Source: an uncultured Pseudomonadota bacterium (GTDB lineage Bacteria > Myxococcota_A > Polyangia > Fen-1088). From it: a stretch of DNA of 64,000 bases. The first letter of the stretch is position 1, and every line of letters begins with the position of its first letter. The stretch spans positions 288,001 to 352,000 of the forward strand of contig CAWKBC010000029.1 in assembly GCA_963847705.1 (NCBI GenBank), in the 5' to 3' direction. Below the pieces are notes generated by a model. It saw only the letters and a list, made by a program, of their open reading frames with translations, was not told the DNA's origin and searched no databases. Shown here piece after piece: positions 10,873 to 19,062 of the stretch. A program made the position numbers and the translations under genes.

Positions 10873-11097
10873 ATGAAGCGCATCCACGACCTCCGCGCCG
10901 CCCTCAACGAACAGCTCGAGGCGGTGCTGGAGGGTATGCGTATCCTGGCTGGGATCGCCCAGCGCCAGGGGGTCGCCGTGGCCGTGGCGGCCGAGCCCAG
11001 CTACCTCCGCTGCCCGTCCTGTCAGCAGCAGGTCACGCCGACCGCAACCGTCTGCTCGTCCTGCCGACGCAAGCTGGCCCCGGCCACGGCACAATAG
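10873..11097 (+). CDS. Small protein with C-terminal zinc ribbon
   Basis: AAGGA RBS. CPSC...CSSC pairs. Confidence 0.7.
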   Translation: MKRIHDLRAALNEQLEAVLEGMRILAGIAQRQGVAVAVAAEPSYLRCPSCQQQVTPTATVCSSCRRKLAPATAQ

Positions 11098-11099
11098 CC

Positions 11100-13352
11100 G
11101 TGAGCGACCCGGCTCTCCGGATCGGATTCGTCGGGACCTACCCACCGCGGCGCTGCGGCATCGCCACCTTCACGCGCGATCTGGCCGCCGGCGTCAAGGC
11201 GGCCGATCCGCACACGGCGCCGCTGGCCGTGGCGGTCACCGACGCAGGCGGTGAGTACGAGTACCCCCAGGAGGTCGAGTACGAGGTTCGCCAGGGGACC
11301 AAGGGTGACTACGCGCGGGCCGCCGAGCTGGTCAATTACAAGGACGTGCGCTGGGTCTCCGTGCAGCACGAGTACGGCATCTTCGGCGGAGACGACGGCG
11401 CCTACATCCTCGATTTCATCGACGCCCTGCGGGTCCCCGCGGTCGTCACCTTGCACACCGTCCTCGACAAGCCCTCGGAGTCGCAGCGGACGATCGTGCA
11501 GAAGATGGCCAAGGCCGCCAACCTGGTGGTGATGAGCCAGGTGGCGCTCGATCTGCTGGCGCGGCGCTACGACCTCGGCGGGGCGCGCGTCCACATGATC
11601 CCCCACGGCATTCCCGACATGGCGCCGGTCGATCAGGAGAGGCTGAAGGCCCGCTTCGGCGTGGCCGGCCGTCGCATGATGCTCACCTTCGGCCTGCTGG
11701 GGCCGAACAAGGGGATCGAGACGGTGATCCGGGCGCTGCCGGCCGCCATCGCCGCCTGTCCCGACCTGACCTACTTCGTCGTGGGCGCCACGCACCCCGC
11801 GGTCCTGCGCGACAACGGCGAGGCCTACCGCACCACCCTCGAGCGGGAGGCGGAGCGGCTGGGTGTGCGCGACCACGTGGTGTTCCGCGACCAGTACGTC
11901 ACGACCGAGGAGCTCTGCACGTACCTGCAGGCCACCGACCTCTTCGTCAGCCCCTACCTCAGTGAGGCCCAGGTGACGAGCGGCGCCCTCTCCTACGCCA
12001 TGGGCGCGGGCGCGGCGGTGGTGTCGACGCCCTACTGGCACGCCCAGGAGCTGCTGGCCGACGGGCGCGGCTACCTGTTCCCCTTCGCCGACAGCGGCGC
12101 CCTGGCCGAGCGCATCGCCTCGATCCTGAACGGTCCGGCGGAGCTGGCCCGGGTCCGCAGCCGGGCCTACGAGTTCACGCGCGCCTTCACCTGGCCGCGG
12201 GTCGGCGCGCAGTACCTGAGCCTCGGTGCGACGCTCCTCGGCCCCAGGCCCAAGCGCGTCCGGCGCGCGGCGCCGCAGCGGGCCAGCAGCCTCCCCGAGC
12301 TGCGCCTCGATCACCTGGCGCGCCTGACCGACGACACCGGCATCATTCAACACGCCACCTTCAGCGTGCCGACCCGCGAGAGTGGCTACTGCGCCGACGA
12401 CAACGCCAGGGCTCTCATCGTCGCGCTGCACGCCGACAGGCTGATCAGCTCCGCCGAAACGAAGCGCCTCGTGGCAACCTACCTGGCCTTCCTTCACGCG
12501 GCGCAGACCCCGGACGGACAGTTCCGCAACCTGCTCAGCTACAGCCGCGCCTACCTCGACGAGCCGCCGTCGGAGGACTGCACCGGACGCACGCTCTGGG
12601 CGCTGGGGGTGGCGACGCAGCTGGCGCGCGATCAGGGCCAGCGGATGCTGGCGCGGCAGATGTTCGAGCGGGGGCTGCCGGCCACCGAGACGCTGGGGCC
12701 GCGCGGGACCGCGCTGACGATGCTGGGAATGGCCGCCTTCCTGACGGCGCACCCGGAGGTGGGGCCGGTGGCCGACCTCCTGGCCGCGCTGGCGGAGCGG
12801 CTCTGCCGGCGCTTCAACGACGAAGCCGACGCCGACTGGCGCTGGTTCGAGCCCGCCCTCACCTACGACAACGCGCTGGTGCCGCTGGCGCTCTTGCGGG
12901 CCTATCGCTTCACCAAGGCGCCGGCCAGCCGTCAGGTCGCCACCGAAGCGCTCGGTTTTCTGGAGACGGTCTGCTTTCCGGAGGGCCGGCTGGCGCTGGT
13001 CGGCAACGCCGGCTGGCACACGCGCGAAAAACGGGCGGCCGCTTCCGACGAGCAGCCGACGGATGCCGCGGCGTTCGTGCTGGCCTTCCGGGGCGCCTAC
13101 CTGGCGACCGGCGATCGCCGCTACCTGGGCAGGATGCGCGAATCGTTCGCCTGGTTCCTGGGCGCCAATCGCCTCGGTGTCTCGCTCTACGACTCGGCCA
13201 CCGCCGGGTGCCGCGACGGCCTCGGACAGAGCGCCCCCAATCTGAACCAGGGGGCGGAGAGCACCGTTTCGTTCCTGCTGGCGTTGATCGAGATGCTGGA
13301 GCTGGCGGGCGAAGGCCTGGAGTACGGGGACGAGCCCGCCGCCACCACCTGA
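11100..13352 (+). CDS. GT4 glycosyltransferase fused to a C-terminal helical (glycosidase-like) domain
   Basis: TYPPRRCGIATF, QHEYGIFGG, FGLLGPNKGIE and TSGALSYA. C-terminal GIIQHA, DDNARAL and NQGAEST. Confidence 0.9.
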   Translation: MSDPALRIGFVGTYPPRRCGIATFTRDLAAGVKAADPHTAPLAVAVTDAGGEYEYPQEVEYEVRQGTKGDYARAAELVNYKDVRWVSVQHEYGIFGGDDGAYILDFIDALRVPAVVTLHTVLDKPSESQRTIVQKMAKAANLVVMSQVALDLLARRYDLGGARVHMIPHGIPDMAPVDQERLKARFGVAGRRMMLTFGLLGPNKGIETVIRALPAAIAACPDLTYFVVGATHPAVLRDNGEAYRTTLEREAERLGVRDHVVFRDQYVTTEELCTYLQATDLFVSPYLSEAQVTSGALSYAMGAGAAVVSTPYWHAQELLADGRGYLFPFADSGALAERIASILNGPAELARVRSRAYEFTRAFTWPRVGAQYLSLGATLLGPRPKRVRRAAPQRASSLPELRLDHLARLTDDTGIIQHATFSVPTRESGYCADDNARALIVALHADRLISSAETKRLVATYLAFLHAAQTPDGQFRNLLSYSRAYLDEPPSEDCTGRTLWALGVATQLARDQGQRMLARQMFERGLPATETLGPRGTALTMLGMAAFLTAHPEVGPVADLLAALAERLCRRFNDEADADWRWFEPALTYDNALVPLALLRAYRFTKAPASRQVATEALGFLETVCFPEGRLALVGNAGWHTREKRAAASDEQPTDAAAFVLAFRGAYLATGDRRYLGRMRESFAWFLGANRLGVSLYDSATAGCRDGLGQSAPNLNQGAESTVSFLLALIEMLELAGEGLEYGDEPAATT

Positions 13353-13369
13353 GGGAGACGTTGAGACCG

Positions 13370-14839
13370 ATGGTAAGACGCACCGCCCACCGCCTGCTTC
13401 ACGATCCGAGCCGGGTCATCGCCAAACCCTATCTGCCGGGCGAGGAGATCTCCGCGGACTCCAGCAACCGGGCCGACCTGCTGATGGCCCGCATCCTCGC
13501 CGTCCCCGAGGCGGAGGTCTCGCGGATCTTGCAGGAGACGATCGTTCTCTTCGGCGCACGGCACCGCCGCTTCGAGGAGCTCCTCGAACACCACTTCAGC
13601 CTGGTCGCGCATCGGGTGGGCGGCGCGGCGCTCTCGCGGGCGCGCCGGCTCCTCATCGGGACCTACTTCACCAACGAGTACTCGGTGGAGGGCGCCGCGC
13701 TCTTCAACCCATCCCTCGTGCCGGCGCCCGATCAGGCGGGCGTGAAGCCCGGCCAGCTGCGCTTCGTGATGAGCCTGCGGGCCGTCGGCGAGGGGCACAT
13801 CTCGTCGATTGAATTTCGCACCGGCGTCGTCGACGGGGCCGGCGACCTGACCTTCGATCCGCTCGGCCCGCAGCTGGTGACCGGCGAGCGCGCGCCGCCC
13901 GCCAGCTATGACAAGGCGCAGTTCCGCGCCAAGCTGGCCGAGCTCGGCGCGGGCAACGACCTGGCCTGGGGGGTGATCGACCCGCTGCCCGAGCGGTTCA
14001 CCGCGGCCGAGCTCGAACGGGCGATGGCGGTCCTCGATCGCGAGGGCCCGCCGCATGCCATCAGCTACGAGACCGCCAAGATCATGCGGGTGCTCGCCTC
14101 CTCGAGCTACGTGACCACCTTCCCCTCCGACTCGGTCCTGTCGGAGCGGGTGATCTTTCCGGCCGGACCGCACGAGACCCACGGGATGGAGGACGCCCGC
14201 TTCGTCCTCTTCACCGACGACGACGGCCACAGCACCTACTACGCCACCTACACCGCCTTCGACGGCTACGAGATCGTTCCGCAGCTCATTCAGACCGACG
14301 ACTTCGTCAGCTTCCGCATCGCCACCCTCAACGGGGTGGCCGCCCAGAACAAGGGGATGGCGCTGTTCCCCCGGCGCGTGGGCGGGAACTACGTGATGCT
14401 GTCGCGCCGCGATCGCGAGAACCTCCACCTGGCCACCTCCACCCGGGTCGGGCACTGGGCCGACGTCGCCGAGCTTCATCGGCCGAGTCGCCCCTGGGAG
14501 CTCTTGCAGATCGGCAACTGCGGCTCGCCGATCGAGACCAAGGCAGGCTGGCTGGTGATCACCCACGGCGTTGGGCCGATGCGCCGGTATGCGATCGGGG
14601 CGCTGCTGCTGGATCTCGACGATCCGCGGCGCGTGCTCGGTGAGCTGGCGGAGCCGCTGCTGGCGCCCGAGGCGACGGAACGGGAGGGGTATGTCCCGAA
14701 CGTCGTCTACTCGTGCGGCGCGATGCTGCACGGGAGCAACCTGGTGCTCCCCTACGGGCTCTCCGACGCCGCCGTCGGCGTGGCCGTCATTTCGTTACCA
14801 GAGCTTCTGGCGAAGCTGCAGCGGCCTGCGTCTTCGTGA
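13370..14839 (+). CDS. GH130-family glycosidase/phosphorylase
   Basis: ALFNPS, GMEDARF, NKGMALFP and GYVPNVVYSCG. Confidence 0.88.
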   Translation: MVRRTAHRLLHDPSRVIAKPYLPGEEISADSSNRADLLMARILAVPEAEVSRILQETIVLFGARHRRFEELLEHHFSLVAHRVGGAALSRARRLLIGTYFTNEYSVEGAALFNPSLVPAPDQAGVKPGQLRFVMSLRAVGEGHISSIEFRTGVVDGAGDLTFDPLGPQLVTGERAPPASYDKAQFRAKLAELGAGNDLAWGVIDPLPERFTAAELERAMAVLDREGPPHAISYETAKIMRVLASSSYVTTFPSDSVLSERVIFPAGPHETHGMEDARFVLFTDDDGHSTYYATYTAFDGYEIVPQLIQTDDFVSFRIATLNGVAAQNKGMALFPRRVGGNYVMLSRRDRENLHLATSTRVGHWADVAELHRPSRPWELLQIGNCGSPIETKAGWLVITHGVGPMRRYAIGALLLDLDDPRRVLGELAEPLLAPEATEREGYVPNVVYSCGAMLHGSNLVLPYGLSDAAVGVAVISLPELLAKLQRPASS

Positions 14840-15890
14840 GGTAGGCCGCCGTCATGTCGCCCAGGTGGTTGCCGACCGAGGCGAGCGCACCGTAGAGCGT
14901 ATCCTCGTGGTAAGCGATCCCGCGCTCGCCGCAAAAGTCGCGAACGATGGGGCGCATCTGGCGGTAACGGTTGTGCGCGACCCGCGGAAACAGGTGGTGC
15001 TCGATCTGCGAATTGAGCCCACCGTAATAGAAGTCGAGCAGCGGCGGGTTGGCGATGTTTCGGCTGGTGGTGACCTGCTGCTCCAGGTAGCTGACGTGAT
15101 GGTCCTGGTCGAGGCGCCGCATCCCCATGTGGTTGGGGATGAAGACCGACACCGTCATCAATGACGACAGGCAAGAGACGGTGACGTAGGCCAGCAGCGC
15201 GGTCGGCCACCCGAAGACCAGGCCGGGGACGATCAACAGCACCAACCAGTGCAGAGGCATCAGGAAACGATCGATCTTCGTCTCCTCGGGGCGCTGAAAG
15301 AGATCGCGAATCGCGTCGTAACGGAGCGTGACCCAGTAAAACGCCGACAGCGGCCAGAAAGCCCACTTCTGGATCCTCAGGAAGAACCGCCCCAGCGGCG
15401 TGTGCCAGCTGGCCGAACCGGGATAGACCGAGAACAGCACCCCGAAGTGCATGTCGGGATCGCCCCCCACCTCCTGGCAATGGACGTGGTGGGCGTTGTG
15501 GCGCGACCGCCAGAACCCGAAGCTCATCCCGCAGAGGAAGGTCATTCCGAACTGGCCCCAGAAGTTGTTCACCCGACGGGACCTGGACAGCGCGAAGTGT
15601 CCGGCGTCGTGGCCGACGTAACCCATCGTCAGGAGGCCGACCGAGGCGACGATCGCCAGCAGCGACCAGACCACGCCGAACGGCAGCAACAGAAGGCCGA
15701 GGTAAGACAGAAACAGCATCGGAACCCAGAGCAAGAGCTTCCGCGTCCAGTAGCGAGAGGGCTCGAACAGCCCCCGCTCATCGATGCGGGCGTGGAGATC
15801 TTTGAGGGCCCGGCAATCGAAGGATTCCGGATGAGTTGCAGCCGACGACATCAAAGAAGGTTGCGCGACGGTTGCGGCGTGTCCTTCCAC
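14787..15890 (-). CDS. Front-end-type fatty acid desaturase (no cytochrome b5 domain)
   Basis: HDAGH, HNAHH and QIEHHLFP boxes. Start uncertain (15890 or 15851). Confidence 0.88.
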   Translation of the reverse strand: MEGHAATVAQPSLMSSAATHPESFDCRALKDLHARIDERGLFEPSRYWTRKLLLWVPMLFLSYLGLLLLPFGVVWSLLAIVASVGLLTMGYVGHDAGHFALSRSRRVNNFWGQFGMTFLCGMSFGFWRSRHNAHHVHCQEVGGDPDMHFGVLFSVYPGSASWHTPLGRFFLRIQKWAFWPLSAFYWVTLRYDAIRDLFQRPEETKIDRFLMPLHWLVLLIVPGLVFGWPTALLAYVTVSCLSSLMTVSVFIPNHMGMRRLDQDHHVSYLEQQVTTSRNIANPPLLDFYYGGLNSQIEHHLFPRVAHNRYRQMRPIVRDFCGERGIAYHEDTLYGALASVGNHLGDMTAAYLTKTQAAAASPEALVTK

Positions 15891-15964
15891 AAGATCGTCA
15901 TGATCGCGTCATCGACGGGGAGCGGCGCACACTGTGGCGCTGCGCAAGCGCGGCGCCGCCGGAG

Positions 15965-17278
15965 CTATTGCCAGAGCGGGAAGATCAATCGACGGTGCGC
16001 GGCCGCCAGCGAGATCGGGAGCTCGGCCCAGACCGGCGCAAAGTAGATCGAAACCGCCAGCACGAGCAGCACGAAGATCAGGACTTCCTTGGAGAAGCGG
16101 CGATCGAGGCGGGCCACCACCCCCGCCAGCAGGATCAACGTGAAGCCCCAGGAGGTCAGGTAGTGGTACCAGTAGGTGACTATCCGACCACTGATCCAGA
16201 GCAGCATCATGCAGAGCCAGCAGGCGGCCAGGATGGCGAAGGCCTTGCTGAAGCGGACGTCGAACCAACGTCGCCATCGCTCGCGCCAGCGCTCGCTCAG
16301 CAAGGCGGCCGTTCCCGTCACGATGAGCGCCACGAAGCAGAGGTGCGCCGCGATCCAGAGCAGCGGATTGCCAATGCCCGAGGCGAGGCGGACGTTCGTT
16401 CCCGCCTGCGAGCTCTTGATGATGAGGGGATGGTACAGGAAGGGCCAGGTGTACCAGGCCGACTCCGCCGGATTGATGTGGTGCGCGAACCCGAGGTGAA
16501 GGCCGGCCCGCTCGCGGATCGCCGCCACCACCGACATCGGATCGTTCGGATGCCCGATCAACGCCAGCCCGATCATCCAGACCCCCAGATGAACGAACGG
16601 CACGATCGCAAACGCGAAGATCGTGTACCAGGGGGCACGCCGGAGCAGCAGGATGGCGAAGCAGGCGGGCAGACCGACCAGCAAACCGACCCACTTGATC
16701 GACGCCGCCAGGCCGCACAGCAGGGCGGCGGCCAGAACGCCCCCCCAACCGCGCGCGCTGATCGCGGCGAACATGCACCAGAGGTTGAGACAGGTCAGCA
16801 TCCCTTCGGGAAAGGCCAGCCGCGAATACGAGAGGTAGAACCCGTCGGCCGCCACGAAGGCCGCCGCCAGCCACCCTGCCCTTCGGTCCTCGAACAACGA
16901 GGCGGCGATCAGGTAGACGAGCACGATGATCTGGAGCCCGAAGCAGAGGGGCATGAACCGCCACCCCATCGGGTTGTTCCCTTCGAGCAGCATACCCACG
17001 CCGATGAAAAGCTTGGCGAGCGGCGGGTGGCAACACTCGGCCTTGTCGGGAACGCCGATCAGGAACTGGTGCGCCGCCCCGACGAACTGGTCCTCGTCGA
17101 AGCAGTAGTGAAAGGGATAACCGACGCGCTGGATGCGCAGCACCACCCCGCCGAGGATCATGAGCGCCAGCAGAACGCCGGTGGCGGGACGCGACATGCG
17201 GGGCGCCCGCGCAACCACCGCTTGCCAGCCCGAGGAGGCGAGGCGGCCCAGACGGGCGAGCAAGGCGTCCACGTTCAT
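15965..17278 (-). CDS. PMT/GT39-family polyprenol-phosphate-mannose protein mannosyltransferase-like protein
   Basis: FDE, HPPLAK, GWRF, KWVG, GNPLLW and YHYL motifs; multiple TM helices. ATGA overlap with the upstream gene. Confidence 0.85.
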   Translation of the reverse strand: MNVDALLARLGRLASSGWQAVVARAPRMSRPATGVLLALMILGGVVLRIQRVGYPFHYCFDEDQFVGAAHQFLIGVPDKAECCHPPLAKLFIGVGMLLEGNNPMGWRFMPLCFGLQIIVLVYLIAASLFEDRRAGWLAAAFVAADGFYLSYSRLAFPEGMLTCLNLWCMFAAISARGWGGVLAAALLCGLAASIKWVGLLVGLPACFAILLLRRAPWYTIFAFAIVPFVHLGVWMIGLALIGHPNDPMSVVAAIRERAGLHLGFAHHINPAESAWYTWPFLYHPLIIKSSQAGTNVRLASGIGNPLLWIAAHLCFVALIVTGTAALLSERWRERWRRWFDVRFSKAFAILAACWLCMMLLWISGRIVTYWYHYLTSWGFTLILLAGVVARLDRRFSKEVLIFVLLVLAVSIYFAPVWAELPISLAAAHRRLIFPLWQ

Positions 17279-17850
17279 CGCGACAGCGCGCAGTCCGAGA
17301 GGGTTCCGACCGTCACTCTCTTCCCGACTGGAATGAAGGGGGCCGCCGCGTCGAAGCGAATCGTGGCCGACTTGGCGACGCCTTCGATGTGGTAGTTGCA
17401 GACCACCGTGAACCGCGCCGCCGGAAGCGGCTTGTTCATCTCGGAGGAGGTCCAGAGGCCGGCGCCCAGCAAGAGCTCGTTCCCCACCGTGTTGTACGGT
17501 TGAAGGATCTGGGGGTCGTCGGGCGAGGCGGGGCCGGCCGGGCGCGCGTCGCGGCGATACGCGCAGTGCAGCCCCGAGACGACCTGGTCCGAAGCGCAGG
17601 AGAGATTGCGCCTGTCGTCCCTCACCAGGGTCAGCTCGACGGATTGCGTGCTGCCGACGCTCCACCCCTCGGTCCCCTGCCCCTGCGCGTACTCTTCGCG
17701 GTAACGCTTTCCGGCCGAAAAGACCCAGACCCCGAAGACGATCAGCCAGAACGACAAGAACGACAGGAGCAGCGGGTTGCAACGCGAGGGGCGAAGCGGC
17801 CCATCGACGTCACCGGGAGGGGGACTGCCCGAAGTCGAGTCGGAGGACAT
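17275..17850 (-). CDS. Single-TM hypothetical protein with a Cys-containing exported domain
   Basis: TM segment LLLSFLSFWLIVFGVWVF followed by a globular domain. Coupled to the PMT gene. Confidence 0.7.
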   Translation of the reverse strand: MSSDSTSGSPPPGDVDGPLRPSRCNPLLLSFLSFWLIVFGVWVFSAGKRYREEYAQGQGTEGWSVGSTQSVELTLVRDDRRNLSCASDQVVSGLHCAYRRDARPAGPASPDDPQILQPYNTVGNELLLGAGLWTSSEMNKPLPAARFTVVCNYHIEGVAKSATIRFDAAAPFIPVGKRVTVGTLSDCALSR

Positions 17851-17906
17851 GGAAGGCCCAATAGCCCGTCGCGCCGCCGCCGTCAACGTGGCCCCCACCC
17901 GGAGGC

Positions 17907-18998
17907 TCAGCGCTCCGTACCGGCATCCAGGCTGGGAAGATCGATGATGAACGCGCAGCCGACGCCGGGCATGTCGCGCACCCGGATTGTTCCGTTGTGC
18001 GCCTCGGCCGCCTGCAGCGCGATGGCCAATCCAAAACCGAAGCCGCTTCGATTCTCGCCCCGTTGAATGAGCGGGCTGAACAGCTCCCCGGCCTTCCCTG
18101 GCGGCAGCCCCCCACAGGCGTCCACCACCTCGATCGTGATCCGACCGTCGGTGCGCGCGGCGGTCACGCTCACCGTCGAATCTTCGTGGCTGAACTTCAG
18201 CGCGTTCTGCAGCAGGTTGGAGACGGCTGACCGGAGCAGGCGAGCGTCGGCGTCGATCTTCAATCCGGCCGGGACCGAAACGACGGTGGTGATCTTCCGC
18301 GCGTGTGCCTCGATCGCCGCGTCGACCTCGATCTCCCGAAGAAACGCGTCGAGGGCGATGGACGTCAGCTTGGGCTCGACCCCCATCTTCAGCGACGTGT
18401 GACTGAGCACGCTGTCGATCATGTCGGCCGTCTGCTTCAGGTTTCGATCGAGGATCTCCACCGTTCGGCTCTCCTTGAGCTCCCTCCGCAAGCGGCGAAA
18501 GGCCAGCTGCGCGGCGCCCAGGGGATTGCGCAGCTCGTGGGCGATGAACCCCAGGTGCTCCGAGGTCTGCCGCTGCGTCTCCAGATCCCGGTGCCGGACG
18601 TACTGAGAGACCGCGTCGGCAATCCCGGCGTTCAGGAACTTCACCACCACCTCCTGGTCCCGCGCGCTGACGACCAGGCCCGCCGCGGCGGCGATCTCCA
18701 GGATGCACTCGTGCAGCGCCCCGTACTCGCGGACCACCTCGGCCACGTCGAAGCCCAACCGCAGGCGCTGCTCTCCATGCTCCTCCGCGTGGCTGCTCAT
18801 GGGCGGCAGCGAAACCGCGTCCGGATAGAGGGCGCGGGTGATCTCGTCGACGAAGGCGGGGATGTGATCGACGAGCTCGGCGCGTGGAAGCGCCGCCGTG
18901 ACCAGGTTGCTCCGCAATCTCTCGCTCCAGCTCGCGATCAGCTCGGCGCGCCGGGCGGTCAAAACGCTATAGAGAGTTTCGCCAGACGCCTCGCCCAT
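17907..18998 (-). CDS. Soluble histidine kinase with RsbRD_N-like sensor domain
   Basis: HGEQRLRLGFDVAEVVREY, AHELRNPL, NLLQNALKF and GFGFGL. Confidence 0.9.
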   Translation of the reverse strand: MGEASGETLYSVLTARRAELIASWSERLRSNLVTAALPRAELVDHIPAFVDEITRALYPDAVSLPPMSSHAEEHGEQRLRLGFDVAEVVREYGALHECILEIAAAAGLVVSARDQEVVVKFLNAGIADAVSQYVRHRDLETQRQTSEHLGFIAHELRNPLGAAQLAFRRLRRELKESRTVEILDRNLKQTADMIDSVLSHTSLKMGVEPKLTSIALDAFLREIEVDAAIEAHARKITTVVSVPAGLKIDADARLLRSAVSNLLQNALKFSHEDSTVSVTAARTDGRITIEVVDACGGLPPGKAGELFSPLIQRGENRSGFGFGLAIALQAAEAHNGTIRVRDMPGVGCAFIIDLPSLDAGTER

Positions 18999-19062
18999 GC
19001 TGCTGGTCTAGTCCCTCCCCATCCAATCGCCAAGGTCTTTCGTGCCCCTGGCGTGGAGCGCT

